Below are positions 44,849 to 53,362 of a stretch of 54,389 bases of DNA, piece by piece. The notes below the pieces were generated by a model. The model saw nothing but the letters and a program-made list of their open reading frames with translations. It was not told the DNA's origin and did no database searches. The position numbers were made by a program, and so were the translations under genes. The first letter of the stretch is position 1. Every line of letters starts with the position of its first letter. Source of the DNA: a virus (taxonomy: Duplodnaviria > Caudoviricetes); the IMG/VR virus record IMGVR_UViG_3300034815_000027, positions 1 through 54,389 of that record. The stretch is one strand, 5' to 3'.

Positions 44849-45625
44849 CTAGAAGGGCGCGACGTATCCGGGGAACACGGTCGCGGGGTCGATGCCGGCG
44901 GCCTTGAGGCTCGCGATCTGCTCGGGCGTTGGCTGTGCGGGCGCGGCGGCCGGAGCCTGCTGGAACGCCGGTGCTGGAGCCGCTGGCGCCTGCTGGAACT
45001 GCGCGGGAGCCGCGATCGCGTTCTTGAGTGCAGCGACGGTGCCCTGTGGCAAGCCCGTGGCGCCCGCCACGTCGCCGATGTCGAGGCCCGCGGCGAGGAG
45101 TTCCTTCGCGAGCTGCGCGGGGGTTTGTGTCGCGGCCGCGGGCGGCGGCGTGGCCGGTGCGTCGTCGGTGAGGAATGCTGCCGACGCCTGCACGCTCGGC
45201 GGCTCGTAGGAGGCCGCGTACTGCTTGGGGGCGTTGTAGCCCTTCTTCGGCGGGGTGCCGTCGGCGATGTAGGTGACGGTCAACTTGCCGCCGACCTCGA
45301 GCCCGTTGGCCTTGGCGGCCTTCACGGCGCCGCCGATGGCCGCCGTCATGGACTTCGACTCAGCCTTCTTGGAGCCGGACACGTACAACTTGCGGATGCC
45401 CTTGTCGTCCTCGATGTCGGGGTCGCGCTCGTTGGTCTGGAGGGTGATGACGAGTTGCTTCATGGTGGAGCCGTCGTCCCAGGTCTTGAGGTTGCCGTCG
45501 AGGTCGCGCTGGTCGGCGATGACGGGCTCTTCGGTGATGGTGCCGGTGATGGTGGTGCCGGTGGTGGGGAACTTCGCAGAAGGGCTGGAGGAGCCGAGGA
45601 GGAAGTCCTTGCTGTCGTTGGACAT
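44849..45625 (-). CDS. Putative ssDNA-binding protein
   Basis: OB-like G..I.G.I...Q..D...W.DG....Q..ITLQT...D.G.R.LYV, Ala/Pro tail ending PF. Confidence 0.65.
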   Translation of the reverse strand: MSNDSKDFLLGSSSPSAKFPTTGTTITGTITEEPVIADQRDLDGNLKTWDDGSTMKQLVITLQTNERDPDIEDDKGIRKLYVSGSKKAESKSMTAAIGGAVKAAKANGLEVGGKLTVTYIADGTPPKKGYNAPKQYAASYEPPSVQASAAFLTDDAPATPPPAAATQTPAQLAKELLAAGLDIGDVAGATGLPQGTVAALKNAIAAPAQFQQAPAAPAPAFQQAPAAAPAQPTPEQIASLKAAGIDPATVFPGYVAPF

Positions 45626-45626
45626 G

Positions 45627-46184
45627 TCAGGCTGCTTTCTGTGGGGTGGGGATTGTTGCGTTGACCCGTTCGCGGTACTCGGGAGACTTGCGGCGGGAGT
45701 TCTCGGTTTGCGGCACCGGTTCCAGGTGCCATGGGTTGACGCATGCTGACGTCTCGCAGAGGTGATCCAGGCCGAGGCCGGCGGGGATCTCACCGCGCAA
45801 CTGCTCGTATGCGAAGCGGTGCGCGAGTACGTGGTTGAATCGTCCGTACCCGCGATGCAGGAAGCCGCGCCAGACCCAGCATGCGTCGGCGTCGGCGGCC
45901 TGGACTTGGTTCCAGAACACGTCGGTGCTGAGGTGCGCAGGTCGGACGCATTGCACATTGCCGCAGAGCCACGTCAGACGGGCCCGACGTGGCGGCTTCC
46001 TGCCAAGCCGCTCAAGGAGCCAGCGCGCGGCGTACACCTTCACGCCGGGGCTTGGGTTGAACGTCGGGTAACCGCTGTCTGAGATGCCGGCGTTCCACTG
46101 CCAGCAGTCACCAACGATGGTGACCTTGGATAGGAAGCGGTCGTCGGCGTCGCGGGGTGCGCCCCACTGGTTGCGGCCTGTCAT
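45627..46184 (-). CDS. HNH homing endonuclease with duplicated N-terminal module
   Basis: Two CW.W...GY..F modules. The second has AHR.AY, LDHLC....CVNP.HL.....EN. Confidence 0.85.
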   Translation of the reverse strand: MTGRNQWGAPRDADDRFLSKVTIVGDCWQWNAGISDSGYPTFNPSPGVKVYAARWLLERLGRKPPRRARLTWLCGNVQCVRPAHLSTDVFWNQVQAADADACWVWRGFLHRGYGRFNHVLAHRFAYEQLRGEIPAGLGLDHLCETSACVNPWHLEPVPQTENSRRKSPEYRERVNATIPTPQKAA

Positions 46185-47074
46185 GCGGCCCGCCCCGGCT
46201 TCGGCAGGAGGTCGTCGAACGGGTACGCGGTGGCCGGTTCGTCTGACGGGTGACCAGGGCAGGCGACGGAAATCTGGGAGGCGTTCTTGCGATACCAGCT
46301 GCAGAAGCCGCAGTAGGCGGGGCCGGTGGGGAGGTCCTCGAGGACGCCGCCGTAGGAGCCGAGCGCGGCTGCGATGTCGTTGGCGCGCGCGAGGGCGTCG
46401 AGGGCGACCTGTTCGTCGAAGGGCTCGGACCACACGTGCCGGTCGGTGAATTCGCCGTCGCGGGTGAAGAAGATGCCGCCGACGGTGCGCACAGTGAAGC
46501 CGCGGTTCTTCCAACCGAGGCCGTATAGCTGGAACTGGGTGCGGTACTGCTCGCCGGGACCGTGGGGACGGTACTTCTCACGGAGTTGGTTCTTAGAGGT
46601 GGTCTTCCAGTCCCACACTGCCCCTGACCAAGCGTCGAACAGGTCACAGCTGCCGGTGATGTCAACGCCGTTGATGGCGCCGACGGTGACGCGCTCCTCG
46701 ACGTGGTAGCGCCACGGGTTGCCGGACTCGACGAGGCGCATATTGGCCTTGATGAACATGTCGGCGAACAGTTCGTGCATGGCAGTGCCGATGGCCGGCT
46801 TCCACGCGACCGTCTCGTCCCGCACTTTCGGGGTGTCGGAGAGGATGTAGCCGATGCGGCGATCACAGGGAATGCCGATCTCGCTCGGCCCGATGCGCCG
46901 TTGCAGGGATCGCGGCTGGTTGATCAGCGCGTCGCCGATGGTGGCGAACAGATCGCTGGCGAGGATGTCGGGGTCGATCAGAAGCGGCTCACAGTTGATG
47001 TGCAGTGGCATGCCCGCGCGCACGAGCGACTCGTGCAGTGGTTCGCCGCAGGCGATACAAGGCGGTGTCATCAC
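46181..47074 (-). CDS. Cas4-like PD-(D/E)XK exonuclease
   Basis: IGPSEIG..C.R, GTA.H, G..DL....V.DWK, Q..LY, C..C.W...C. Confidence 0.85.
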   Translation of the reverse strand: MMTPPCIACGEPLHESLVRAGMPLHINCEPLLIDPDILASDLFATIGDALINQPRSLQRRIGPSEIGIPCDRRIGYILSDTPKVRDETVAWKPAIGTAMHELFADMFIKANMRLVESGNPWRYHVEERVTVGAINGVDITGSCDLFDAWSGAVWDWKTTSKNQLREKYRPHGPGEQYRTQFQLYGLGWKNRGFTVRTVGGIFFTRDGEFTDRHVWSEPFDEQVALDALARANDIAAALGSYGGVLEDLPTGPAYCGFCSWYRKNASQISVACPGHPSDEPATAYPFDDLLPKPGRAA

Positions 47075-47418
47075 GCGATCCGGATGCTCGGGGCGTTGTC
47101 CTCGCAGGCGAGGGCATAGAGCGCGGGCGGGAGGACGTCCTTGGCGCGCTTGGCGTCTGGTGCGGTGACCATGATGGAGTCGAGGACGCCGGCCGGGAGG
47201 TTGGCGATGGCGAGTTCGGGCTTGAAGCGCGCGGAGCCCTTCACGACCTTGACGAGGGCATTGCCATCGGGATCCATGCCGGTGTCGCCGATGGTGAGGT
47301 GCTTGGCGAGGATCTCCTTGCAGCGCTTGGCTTGGGCTTCGAGCTTGGCGATCTCAGCGGTGACGTAGCGGAGTTCGAGGGCGGCATGGAGGAAGTCGTC
47401 GGTGAGTGTGATTTCCAT
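47071..47418 (-). CDS. Hypothetical protein
   Basis: AAGGGA RBS, coiled N-terminus. Confidence 0.65.
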   Translation of the reverse strand: MEITLTDDFLHAALELRYVTAEIAKLEAQAKRCKEILAKHLTIGDTGMDPDGNALVKVVKGSARFKPELAIANLPAGVLDSIMVTAPDAKRAKDVLPPALYALACEDNAPSIRIA

Positions 47419-47433
47419 TGGTGTTCCCCTTGG

Positions 47434-47535
47434 TTAGTTGTTGTCGTAGTCGGTGAGCCAGGCCGCGAAGTAGGCGGCGGCGATGGTGAGCGCGGCGATC
47501 ACGTTGACGCCGAGCACGATGAGAAGGCGGCGCAT
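47434..47535 (-). CDS. Small single-TM peptide
   Basis: MRRLLIVLGVNVIAALTIAAAYFAAWLTDYDNN, TGATG overlap. Confidence 0.5.
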   Translation of the reverse strand: MRRLLIVLGVNVIAALTIAAAYFAAWLTDYDNN

Positions 47536-47924
47536 CAGTAGTAGCCGTTCAGGTTGTGGAAGTGGAGGGCGTTGCATGGGTTGCCGTGGTAGCGGCTGGC
47601 GATGTAGCGCTCGAACGCCTGGTATTGCCGTTCCACGCTGGTTCCGGGCTTCATGCGCAGGAACTGGAACAGGCCGTACGCCGAGGAGTGCGCGTTCTTG
47701 CTTGTGGGGTGCCAGCGGGACTCGCGGTACACCAGCGCGTCGATGCAACGCCACTGTGCGCCACGCCAACCCGAACGCGAGGCCCGTGCTTGCACGTCGG
47801 TGCGCACATCGATGGGCTTGCGGATCCCGATGAACACGGCTGTGTCGTTGGTGGCCGCCGCCTCGCCCAGGTGCATGGGTGACATGAGGGCGAGGACGGC
47901 GACGATCGTGGCAGCACGCTTCAT
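47535..47924 (-). CDS. Secreted lytic transglycosylase-like protein
   Basis: Signal peptide, QW.C...L..RES.W...N..S.AYGL.Q, YI..RY.G..C.A......GYY. Confidence 0.8.
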   Translation of the reverse strand: MKRAATIVAVLALMSPMHLGEAAATNDTAVFIGIRKPIDVRTDVQARASRSGWRGAQWRCIDALVYRESRWHPTSKNAHSSAYGLFQFLRMKPGTSVERQYQAFERYIASRYHGNPCNALHFHNLNGYY

Positions 47925-48241
47925 GACAGTTCCCCGTCGCGGCGCAGCTGCTTGCGTTCGGCGGCGGTGAGCCCACCGAAGATGCCTTCGCGGATGTCGT
48001 GGACGATGGCGTACTCGAGGCAGCCTTCGATTTCGGGGCATGTGGCGCAGAGGGCTTTCGCTGCGGTGGTGTCGGCGATGGCGGCGGCACTGTGGCCGGC
48101 GTTGTGCCACATGTCGGGCATGACTCCGGCGACCTTGCAGACGGCGTCGGGCAGGTCGGGGATGTCGTACACGCGGTGGTCGCGCTTGGACACACCCCCG
48201 GCGAAGGTGCCGCGCAACGGCTGCAGCCGCGGCGGGGTCAT
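47921..48241 (-). CDS. whiB: WhiB-family regulator
   Basis: A.C...PD.W, AKALC..CP....CL.YA, GIFGGLT..ER. Confidence 0.9.
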   Translation of the reverse strand: MTPPRLQPLRGTFAGGVSKRDHRVYDIPDLPDAVCKVAGVMPDMWHNAGHSAAAIADTTAAKALCATCPEIEGCLEYAIVHDIREGIFGGLTAAERKQLRRDGELS

Positions 48242-48591
48242 AGTGCGTCCCCGTAGCCGGCCGCGCGGAGTAGTTGTGTGATCTGTTCCAGTGTGAGCAC
48301 ACACCACCAGTCACCGACGCGCTTCTCCCCGACTCCGACTGGCTTCACGACGAGGATGCCGAAGTCGGCTCCGGCGTTGATGCGCTCGGTCTGGGTCTCG
48401 GCCAACCATGCTGGGATGGCGTACTTGGCGCGGTTCTTCACTTCCCAGGCAAGGCCCGGGCCGGTGAGGATGTCGCCGAGGTCGTTGGTGCCGGCGAGGG
48501 CGCGGCGTTCGGCGGTAGGGAATCCGTTGGCGCGCAGGAAGTCGACGGTCTTGGTTTCCGCCCAGGTGCCTTTGTCCTTGCTCTTGCTCAT
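48238..48591 (-). CDS. Holliday junction resolvase
   Basis: SK.KGT..E, ERRAL.G..D.GDI, EVK. Confidence 0.85.
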   Translation of the reverse strand: MSKSKDKGTWAETKTVDFLRANGFPTAERRALAGTNDLGDILTGPGLAWEVKNRAKYAIPAWLAETQTERINAGADFGILVVKPVGVGEKRVGDWWCVLTLEQITQLLRAAGYGDAL

Positions 48592-49373
48592 GCGGCGGCC
48601 TTGAGTCGACGGATGACGGTCTCCCGGCACACGCCGACGCGTTCGGCGATCTGCGGCAACGTGTAGCCCTGTTCGCGCAGCTCGATGATCTCGGCGATGT
48701 CCACGCGCGACTTCAGCGTGGACCCGAACTCGGCACCGTGCGGCTTGGCCTTGGGGTCATCGATGGTGCCTTCGTCCCACGCCAGGGGCGGGGCGTATCC
48801 GCGGCGCGTGTTGCGGCGGCGACTCAACTCTGACGGGCCTGGCTTCATGGACAGTTCGTCGAACATGGCGGCGATGGCAGCGTGCGTCCGCACGGTGATC
48901 CATTCGCCCTTCTGGTTGAGGGTGACGGCGGTGGTGATGCCGCTGTGTGCCTTCATCGCCTGGTGTGTCCACCCGATGGCGAGCAGCGCTTGGATGCGTC
49001 GCACGGATCCCAGGCGGGGCACGAACGTCTCATCGTTCCGCCCGACAGGCAGCCAGATTGGGCCTTTGACGGCCATGATCTTGCGGGCGGTGGTGATGTG
49101 CATGCCTTTGCCGGGGTTGCGGTACACGCCGTCGAGGGTGGTGCGTGAGATGCCGGCGGCGTGCGCGATGGAGCCGCGGGACATGCCGGCGGCGCGCAGC
49201 TTGTCGACGTGGTCGCGGACCTTGTCGGCGGGCACGACCCGCCTCAAGCCGTGTGCACGCTCGTATTTCCACCGCTTGGTTTCCAGGGCGTGGGCACGCT
49301 TGCAGGGTTCGCAGTAGTCGGTGCCGGCGCGGCGGTGCGCCCAGTAGCCGGCGTTCGTTCCGCACTCGCTCAC
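48588..49373 (-). CDS. Multi-HTH DNA-binding protein
   Basis: CGT..GY..H...C..C, two HTH motifs, RRIQAL.A.GW, PPLAWD...IDDP. Confidence 0.75.
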   Translation of the reverse strand: MSECGTNAGYWAHRRAGTDYCEPCKRAHALETKRWKYERAHGLRRVVPADKVRDHVDKLRAAGMSRGSIAHAAGISRTTLDGVYRNPGKGMHITTARKIMAVKGPIWLPVGRNDETFVPRLGSVRRIQALLAIGWTHQAMKAHSGITTAVTLNQKGEWITVRTHAAIAAMFDELSMKPGPSELSRRRNTRRGYAPPLAWDEGTIDDPKAKPHGAEFGSTLKSRVDIAEIIELREQGYTLPQIAERVGVCRETVIRRLKAAA

Positions 49374-49659
49374 GGCTGCTCCACGAGGTCGAGGCGGTCG
49401 GCGACGAGCGTGGCGTAGCCGGCGATGTCGCGCCAGGAGTCGGACCAGTTCGGGTCGCCGTTCACGATGCGCGCGATCTTGTGCAGGATCATCTCAGGGC
49501 CTCGAGCATGTCGGCGTCGAACGTCCAGCCGTTGGTGCGGATGCCGTCGTCGACGATGCCCTTGAGGTCTTGCGAGAACTGGGCGTGGGTGAGAAATGCG
49601 CCGTATCGCTTGCCGCGCTCTGCGAGTACGGCCTCGAGGATGTTCGGTGGGGTGGTCAT
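49370..49659 (-). pseudogene. DUF6378-like (nucleotide pyrophosphohydrolase-fold) gene split by a 1-bp frameshift
   Basis: One frame gives L.ERG.RYG.F..HA...MLEAL and stops. EMILHKIARI.NGDP...DSW.DIAGYA.L continues in the -1 frame from about 49495. Confidence 0.75.
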
Positions 49660-49856
49660 GCGAACAACTGTCCTTCGGCGAGGATGGAGTTGATGAGGCC
49701 CCGCGCGTCTTCACGTGAGGTGATGCGGTCCTGCTGAGCGACGGTGAGACGTTTGCCGTCGATGGGGAGGTGCGTCGCGTTGCAGACGAGCAGCAGGCAT
49801 GCCTTGACGAGTCGACGCCGTTGGCTGTCGCTCATGCGAACCGTCGAGGTGGTCAT
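49656..49856 (-). CDS. Hypothetical protein
   Basis: ATGA overlaps at both ends. Confidence 0.55.
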   Translation of the reverse strand: MTTSTVRMSDSQRRRLVKACLLLVCNATHLPIDGKRLTVAQQDRITSREDARGLINSILAEGQLFA

Positions 49857-50080
49857 GCGGCCACCTGCTCCTGGTCGTAGAGGCGGCAAGTGCAGCGCGC
49901 ACCAGTTGGCGCTTCCCCGCGCCTCGTGGTGCGCGCTGCGTTCCCGACCCGCAGGGAGTCGGGTCGGGGGTCTGGGGTGGTGCCGTGCCACATGAGCCAG
50001 CCGAGGGCGAGCGCCAGCACGACGAAGGCGACGATGATGACGACAGTGAGCGCCGCGTATGCGAGGTCGTAGAGGTTCAT
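49853..50080 (-). CDS. Small membrane protein
   Basis: Long hydrophobic helix, ATGA overlaps. Confidence 0.6.
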   Translation of the reverse strand: MNLYDLAYAALTVVIIVAFVVLALALGWLMWHGTTPDPRPDSLRVGNAARTTRRGEAPTGARCTCRLYDQEQVAA

Positions 50081-50253
50081 CGCGTTTCACCGGCTTCGGT
50101 GTCGGCGTAGCGGACGACGATGTTCTGGCGGCTCTGCGCACGGTTCGCGCGGCCGTCGAGGTACCCGATGAGACGGTACCCACCGAGGATGATGACGATG
50201 CCTCCGATGATCGCCTTGACGACGAACTCGAGGTCTCCTGGCTGTAGATTCAC
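50077..50253 (-). CDS. Small membrane protein (58 aa)
   Basis: GGGAG RBS and GTG start, MNLQPGDLEFVVKAIIGGIVIILGG.... Not in the ORF track. Confidence 0.55.
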   Translation of the reverse strand: MNLQPGDLEFVVKAIIGGIVIILGGYRLIGYLDGRANRAQSRQNIVVRYADTEAGETR

Positions 50254-50385
50254 GGTGCTCCCTGTGCTGTGAATGCGGATGGAGTGCCTCGCTGGGTCGC
50301 TTCGCCCTAGGAAAGTTCGGCGACCCAGCGAGGGTCTTGCAGTGATCCGTCGGCGGCTCGGGGGAAAGCCGACCGACGGAAGTTG

Positions 50386-50595
50386 TTAGACGCGAATGAC
50401 GCCTGCGGCGACCTTGGATTCGCGGAGGGTTTCGATGTCGGCGCGCCAGAAGAGCATGAACGCCTTGGGGCCGTCGCCGAATCGCTTGGCGGGCTGGATG
50501 TCACCGAACTTGACGTAGCGGGAGAGCGTGGAACGATCAACGCCGAGCATCTTGATGGCTTCGGTCGTTGAGATCAGATCGTCGATGCTGTGCAT
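50386..50595 (-). CDS. Cro/Xis-like winged-HTH protein
   Basis: LIST.EA...LGV.RSTL.R.V..G.I, divergent from the repressor. Confidence 0.8.
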   Translation of the reverse strand: MHSIDDLISTTEAIKMLGVDRSTLSRYVKFGDIQPAKRFGDGPKAFMLFWRADIETLRESKVAAGVIRV

Positions 50596-50708
50596 GTGGC
50601 AGATCGTCTTACATTGGAAGAATATCCGTCAAGAGCCATTGTCTATAGATGTTGCCACTTTGCGCCGAACGGTCATTCATTGCCCATCGGGTGTGCAATA
50701 CTCATTGC
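50596..50708. promoter_or_regulatory. Divergent immunity control region
   Basis: AT-richer than its flanks. Minus-strand TTGACG-N18-GACGAT-N7-ATG suggests a leaderless cro mRNA. Four CATTG copies. Confidence 0.6.
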
Positions 50709-51056
50709 ATGACAACCGCACACGACTTCATGATCCCTGAGTTTCAACTCGGCGACCGCATGGCGTTGGCACTACGCAACGCCGGGCATTCGCAGCAGGA
50801 GGCAGCGGAATACTTCGGCGTCACACGACAGACCATCAGCGCATGGACCAACGGCAGAAACGTGCCCAAGAAGGGTGAGCTGACGCTCTGGGCGCTCTGG
50901 ACCGGCGTCCCGCTGTCATGGCTTCAGACGGGCGAAAAGCCCGCCGATGGCGGGCCTGACGGTGGCTTGCTCCCCCGTTTGGACTCGAACCAAAAACCGC
51001 CCGGTAAATTGGTTTACGTCCGCTTTCGGCCCTCCCTCGTCGGCATCGCAGCCTGA
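50709..51056 (+). CDS. Immunity repressor (XRE HTH) with internal attP and C-terminal degradation tag
   Basis: SQ...A...GVTRQTISAW.NG, TGVP..WL.TG, LPRLDSNQKP, ends LVGIAA. Confidence 0.9.
   Translation: MTTAHDFMIPEFQLGDRMALALRNAGHSQQEAAEYFGVTRQTISAWTNGRNVPKKGELTLWALWTGVPLSWLQTGEKPADGGPDGGLLPRLDSNQKPPGKLVYVRFRPSLVGIAA
50969..51005 (-). other. attP core: 3' half of a tRNA (probably tRNA-Asn)
   Basis: Reverse complement ACCGGGCGGTT-TTTGG-TTCGAGT-CCAAA-CGGGGGA-GC gives variable loop, T-arm and acceptor strand. No 5' half is present. Confidence 0.85.
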
Positions 51057-51089
51057 AACGATGCGCCCTCACCTGACAAGGGGGCGACG

Positions 51090-51878
51090 ATGAGAAATGA
51101 AGAGGTCGTTGAGCTGTGGCTCAACTGGTATAGAGCCGGGGCAGCGCCGGTCTCGACAGTGCGTGTGCGTCGATCGCAGATCGGCAAGGTGGCCGCGCAC
51201 GTGGAGCTGCTGCACGCCACGGAGGATGACCTCGTGGCCGTACTGGCCTCGATGGAGGGCCAGGCGTGTGAGACGCGCCGCGCCATTCTGAACGCCATGC
51301 GCTCGTTCTACGGTTGGGCGTTACGCCGCGGCTTCATCGCCGCCGATCCAACCGTCGATCTGCGGGCGATTCGCGTCCCGCAAGGGCTGCCGAAGCCCAT
51401 CGCCGAAGATGACCTCACACTCGCCCTGTCACGCGCAGATCGAGAGACGCGGCTCATGCTGCTGCTCGGTGCCTACGCCGGACTGCGTCGCGCAGAGATC
51501 TCACGGGTCCACTCCGACGATGTGACCGCAAACGGCCTGCGCGTGCTCGGAAAGGGCGGCAAGGTGCGTCGAGTTCCGCTGCACCCGATCCTGCGTGATG
51601 CGCTCGCCGAAGTGAATGGTTGGGCCTTCCCGTCCCCGCGATTCCCTGGCGAGCACGTGCAGGCGTGGACGGTCGGCGACAGGCTCGAGAAGGTGCTGCC
51701 GCAGCCGTGGACGGCGCACTCGCTACGGCACAGGTTCGCAACGATGGCCTATCGCGGCACGCACGACTTACGGGCCGTGCAGACGCTCCTAGGCCACACG
51801 AAGCCAGAGACGACGGCCCGCTATACGCTCACTGGTGATGACGATCTCATCGCGGCCGTGAATGGCATCGCCGCATAA
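51090..51878 (+). CDS. int: Tyrosine integrase lacking the arm-binding domain, with C-terminal tag
   Basis: GLRR.E, GKG.K.R, HSLRH, LLGH, T.RY. Only 262 aa, ends NGIAA. Confidence 0.93.
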   Translation: MRNEEVVELWLNWYRAGAAPVSTVRVRRSQIGKVAAHVELLHATEDDLVAVLASMEGQACETRRAILNAMRSFYGWALRRGFIAADPTVDLRAIRVPQGLPKPIAEDDLTLALSRADRETRLMLLLGAYAGLRRAEISRVHSDDVTANGLRVLGKGGKVRRVPLHPILRDALAEVNGWAFPSPRFPGEHVQAWTVGDRLEKVLPQPWTAHSLRHRFATMAYRGTHDLRAVQTLLGHTKPETTARYTLTGDDDLIAAVNGIAA

Positions 51879-52095
51879 CTACGCGCGCGAGGTTCCTGCG
51901 AGGATGCCGGCGTACCGTCCTGCGCATAGACCAGGGCGACGCGCTCGCGATCTGGGAGGTGCGCTCACTCCCCCAACCTCGCGAGGTCGCGGCGTGGGCG
52001 TTGTGGCTCGGTGAGGACCCGTGCGACTATGCGAGCCTGCTCTTCCACAGGAGGCCATAGCCTGACAGGCTGAAGCCCTGACTTGAGGGGGCATC

Positions 52096-52800
52096 ATGAG
52101 TGACGTTGTGTATTGGCTGTCGAGCGCGGGGTTCGCGGCGCTGGCGTACGTCTGGGCCGAGCGGCTGGGGCGACGCGCGATCGCCTGGGCGGTGGCCTGC
52201 TTCTTCTTCAACTGGATCGGCTTCGCGATCCTTGCCGTCGCAGTCCTCATCGCTTCCCGACGCAAGCCTGCGGCCACCGCCGTGAGCGCTGGATCTGCGT
52301 TGGGACCGGATTGGCTGCCCGTGGAGACAGTGGCATCCACGCCGCGGCCGGGAGGGCCTCGGGCGTATCGGTCGGCCGCGACGCGTCCGCCCATCACCGT
52401 CGAGTTCCAATACGACGAGGACGACCAGGACGACGACGATGAAGACGAGGACGACGAAGACGAGTTCTTGTTCGAGGTCGTGGGCGAGTCGCACCACCGA
52501 GCTGCACTCATCGCTCTGCTGAAGAAATGGGGTGACGCGAAGGCCGGAAAGAACGTGTTCCAACGCGCGTTCGCTCCCGCTGCGCTGGTGCGCGAGCCCA
52601 ACAACAAGTTCGACAAGAACGCCGTCGCCGTGCACGTCGACGGCCAGCTCGTGGGATACGTGCCGCGTGATGCAGCTGCAGAGCTCGCAGCAGTGCTCGG
52701 ACGCAATGGTCGACATGAGTGTCGTGCGATGCTGCAGGGACGGCTCGACGGGCTGATCGGTGTCACGCTCGATGCGGACATCGACGAGCTGCTGTCCTGA
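52096..52800 (+). CDS. Membrane-anchored HIRAN-domain protein
   Basis: Two N-terminal TM helices, Asp/Glu run, VVGES, LVREP.N.FD.NAV.V..DG..VGYVPR. Confidence 0.8.
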   Translation: MSDVVYWLSSAGFAALAYVWAERLGRRAIAWAVACFFFNWIGFAILAVAVLIASRRKPAATAVSAGSALGPDWLPVETVASTPRPGGPRAYRSAATRPPITVEFQYDEDDQDDDDEDEDDEDEFLFEVVGESHHRAALIALLKKWGDAKAGKNVFQRAFAPAALVREPNNKFDKNAVAVHVDGQLVGYVPRDAAAELAAVLGRNGRHECRAMLQGRLDGLIGVTLDADIDELLS

Positions 52801-52834
52801 CCGTAGCGCGAGCGCTCGGGATGTAGACATAGCA

Positions 52835-52878
52835 GAGCACCCCCACCACCCCGGAGGAAGGGGGTGGTGGGGGTGCTC
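52835..52878. terminator. Long hairpin between converging genes
   Basis: 18-bp stem gagcacccccaccacccc / ggggtggtgggggtgctc. Confidence 0.7.
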
Positions 52879-52906
52879 CGTTGCGCGCCGGCGTCGACCT
52901 CGAGAT

Positions 52907-53110
52907 CTACAGGCCGCTCCTGAGGTGCAGGTCCTTGTGGGCGTCGATCTGCTCCCTCAGGTACTTGAGCTCACCCCTGACGTGCCCGGTGAACCCGTTG
53001 CTCACGGGTTTGGAGTTCCTCGATGCCTTATAGGCGAAGACGGCGGCGACGCTCGTCGCAAGCACGTTGAATGAGCCGGCGACAAGCGAAACCACAACCA
53101 TCTCGCTCAC
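52907..53110 (-). CDS. Lysis-cassette membrane protein
   Basis: One TM helix, NG motif and a coiled C-terminus. Confidence 0.6.
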   Translation of the reverse strand: MSEMVVVSLVAGSFNVLATSVAAVFAYKASRNSKPVSNGFTGHVRGELKYLREQIDAHKDLHLRSGL

Positions 53111-53113
53111 GAG

Positions 53114-53356
53114 TCACTCGCCGGTTTGTAGCTCGGAGCCGACGCCGTACTGCTTTGTGAGGTTCGTAAACCACAGGATTGCGGTACCCACGGCGGATGC
53201 GGCGGCGGCGGAGATCACGGCGTCGGTGAGCGGGTTGCCGGACACGATCATGCCGCGTGCCTGCGCTTGGGCCCAGACGAGGAGGGAGCCGATGAAGAGG
53301 ATGACGGCGTGGCGGACGGGTGCAGGGAGGCGGTCGAGGATGCCTTTGACGTTCAT
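53114..53356 (-). CDS. Putative holin
   Basis: Two TM helices, ends T.QYGVG, follows the endolysin. Confidence 0.7.
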   Translation of the reverse strand: MNVKGILDRLPAPVRHAVILFIGSLLVWAQAQARGMIVSGNPLTDAVISAAAASAVGTAILWFTNLTKQYGVGSELQTGE

Positions 53357-53362
53357 GGCGGT

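Noticed and set aside
45627-50080. ssrA-like AA C-termini on several early proteins (QKAA, LKAAA, QVAA)
   Set aside because: These can arise from overlap with the next gene's RBS and start codon, so they are not distinguishable from coupling artefacts.
50969-51005. Phage-encoded tRNA or attL/attR prophage boundary
   Set aside because: Only the 3' half of a tRNA is present and phage genes lie on both sides, so it is attP.
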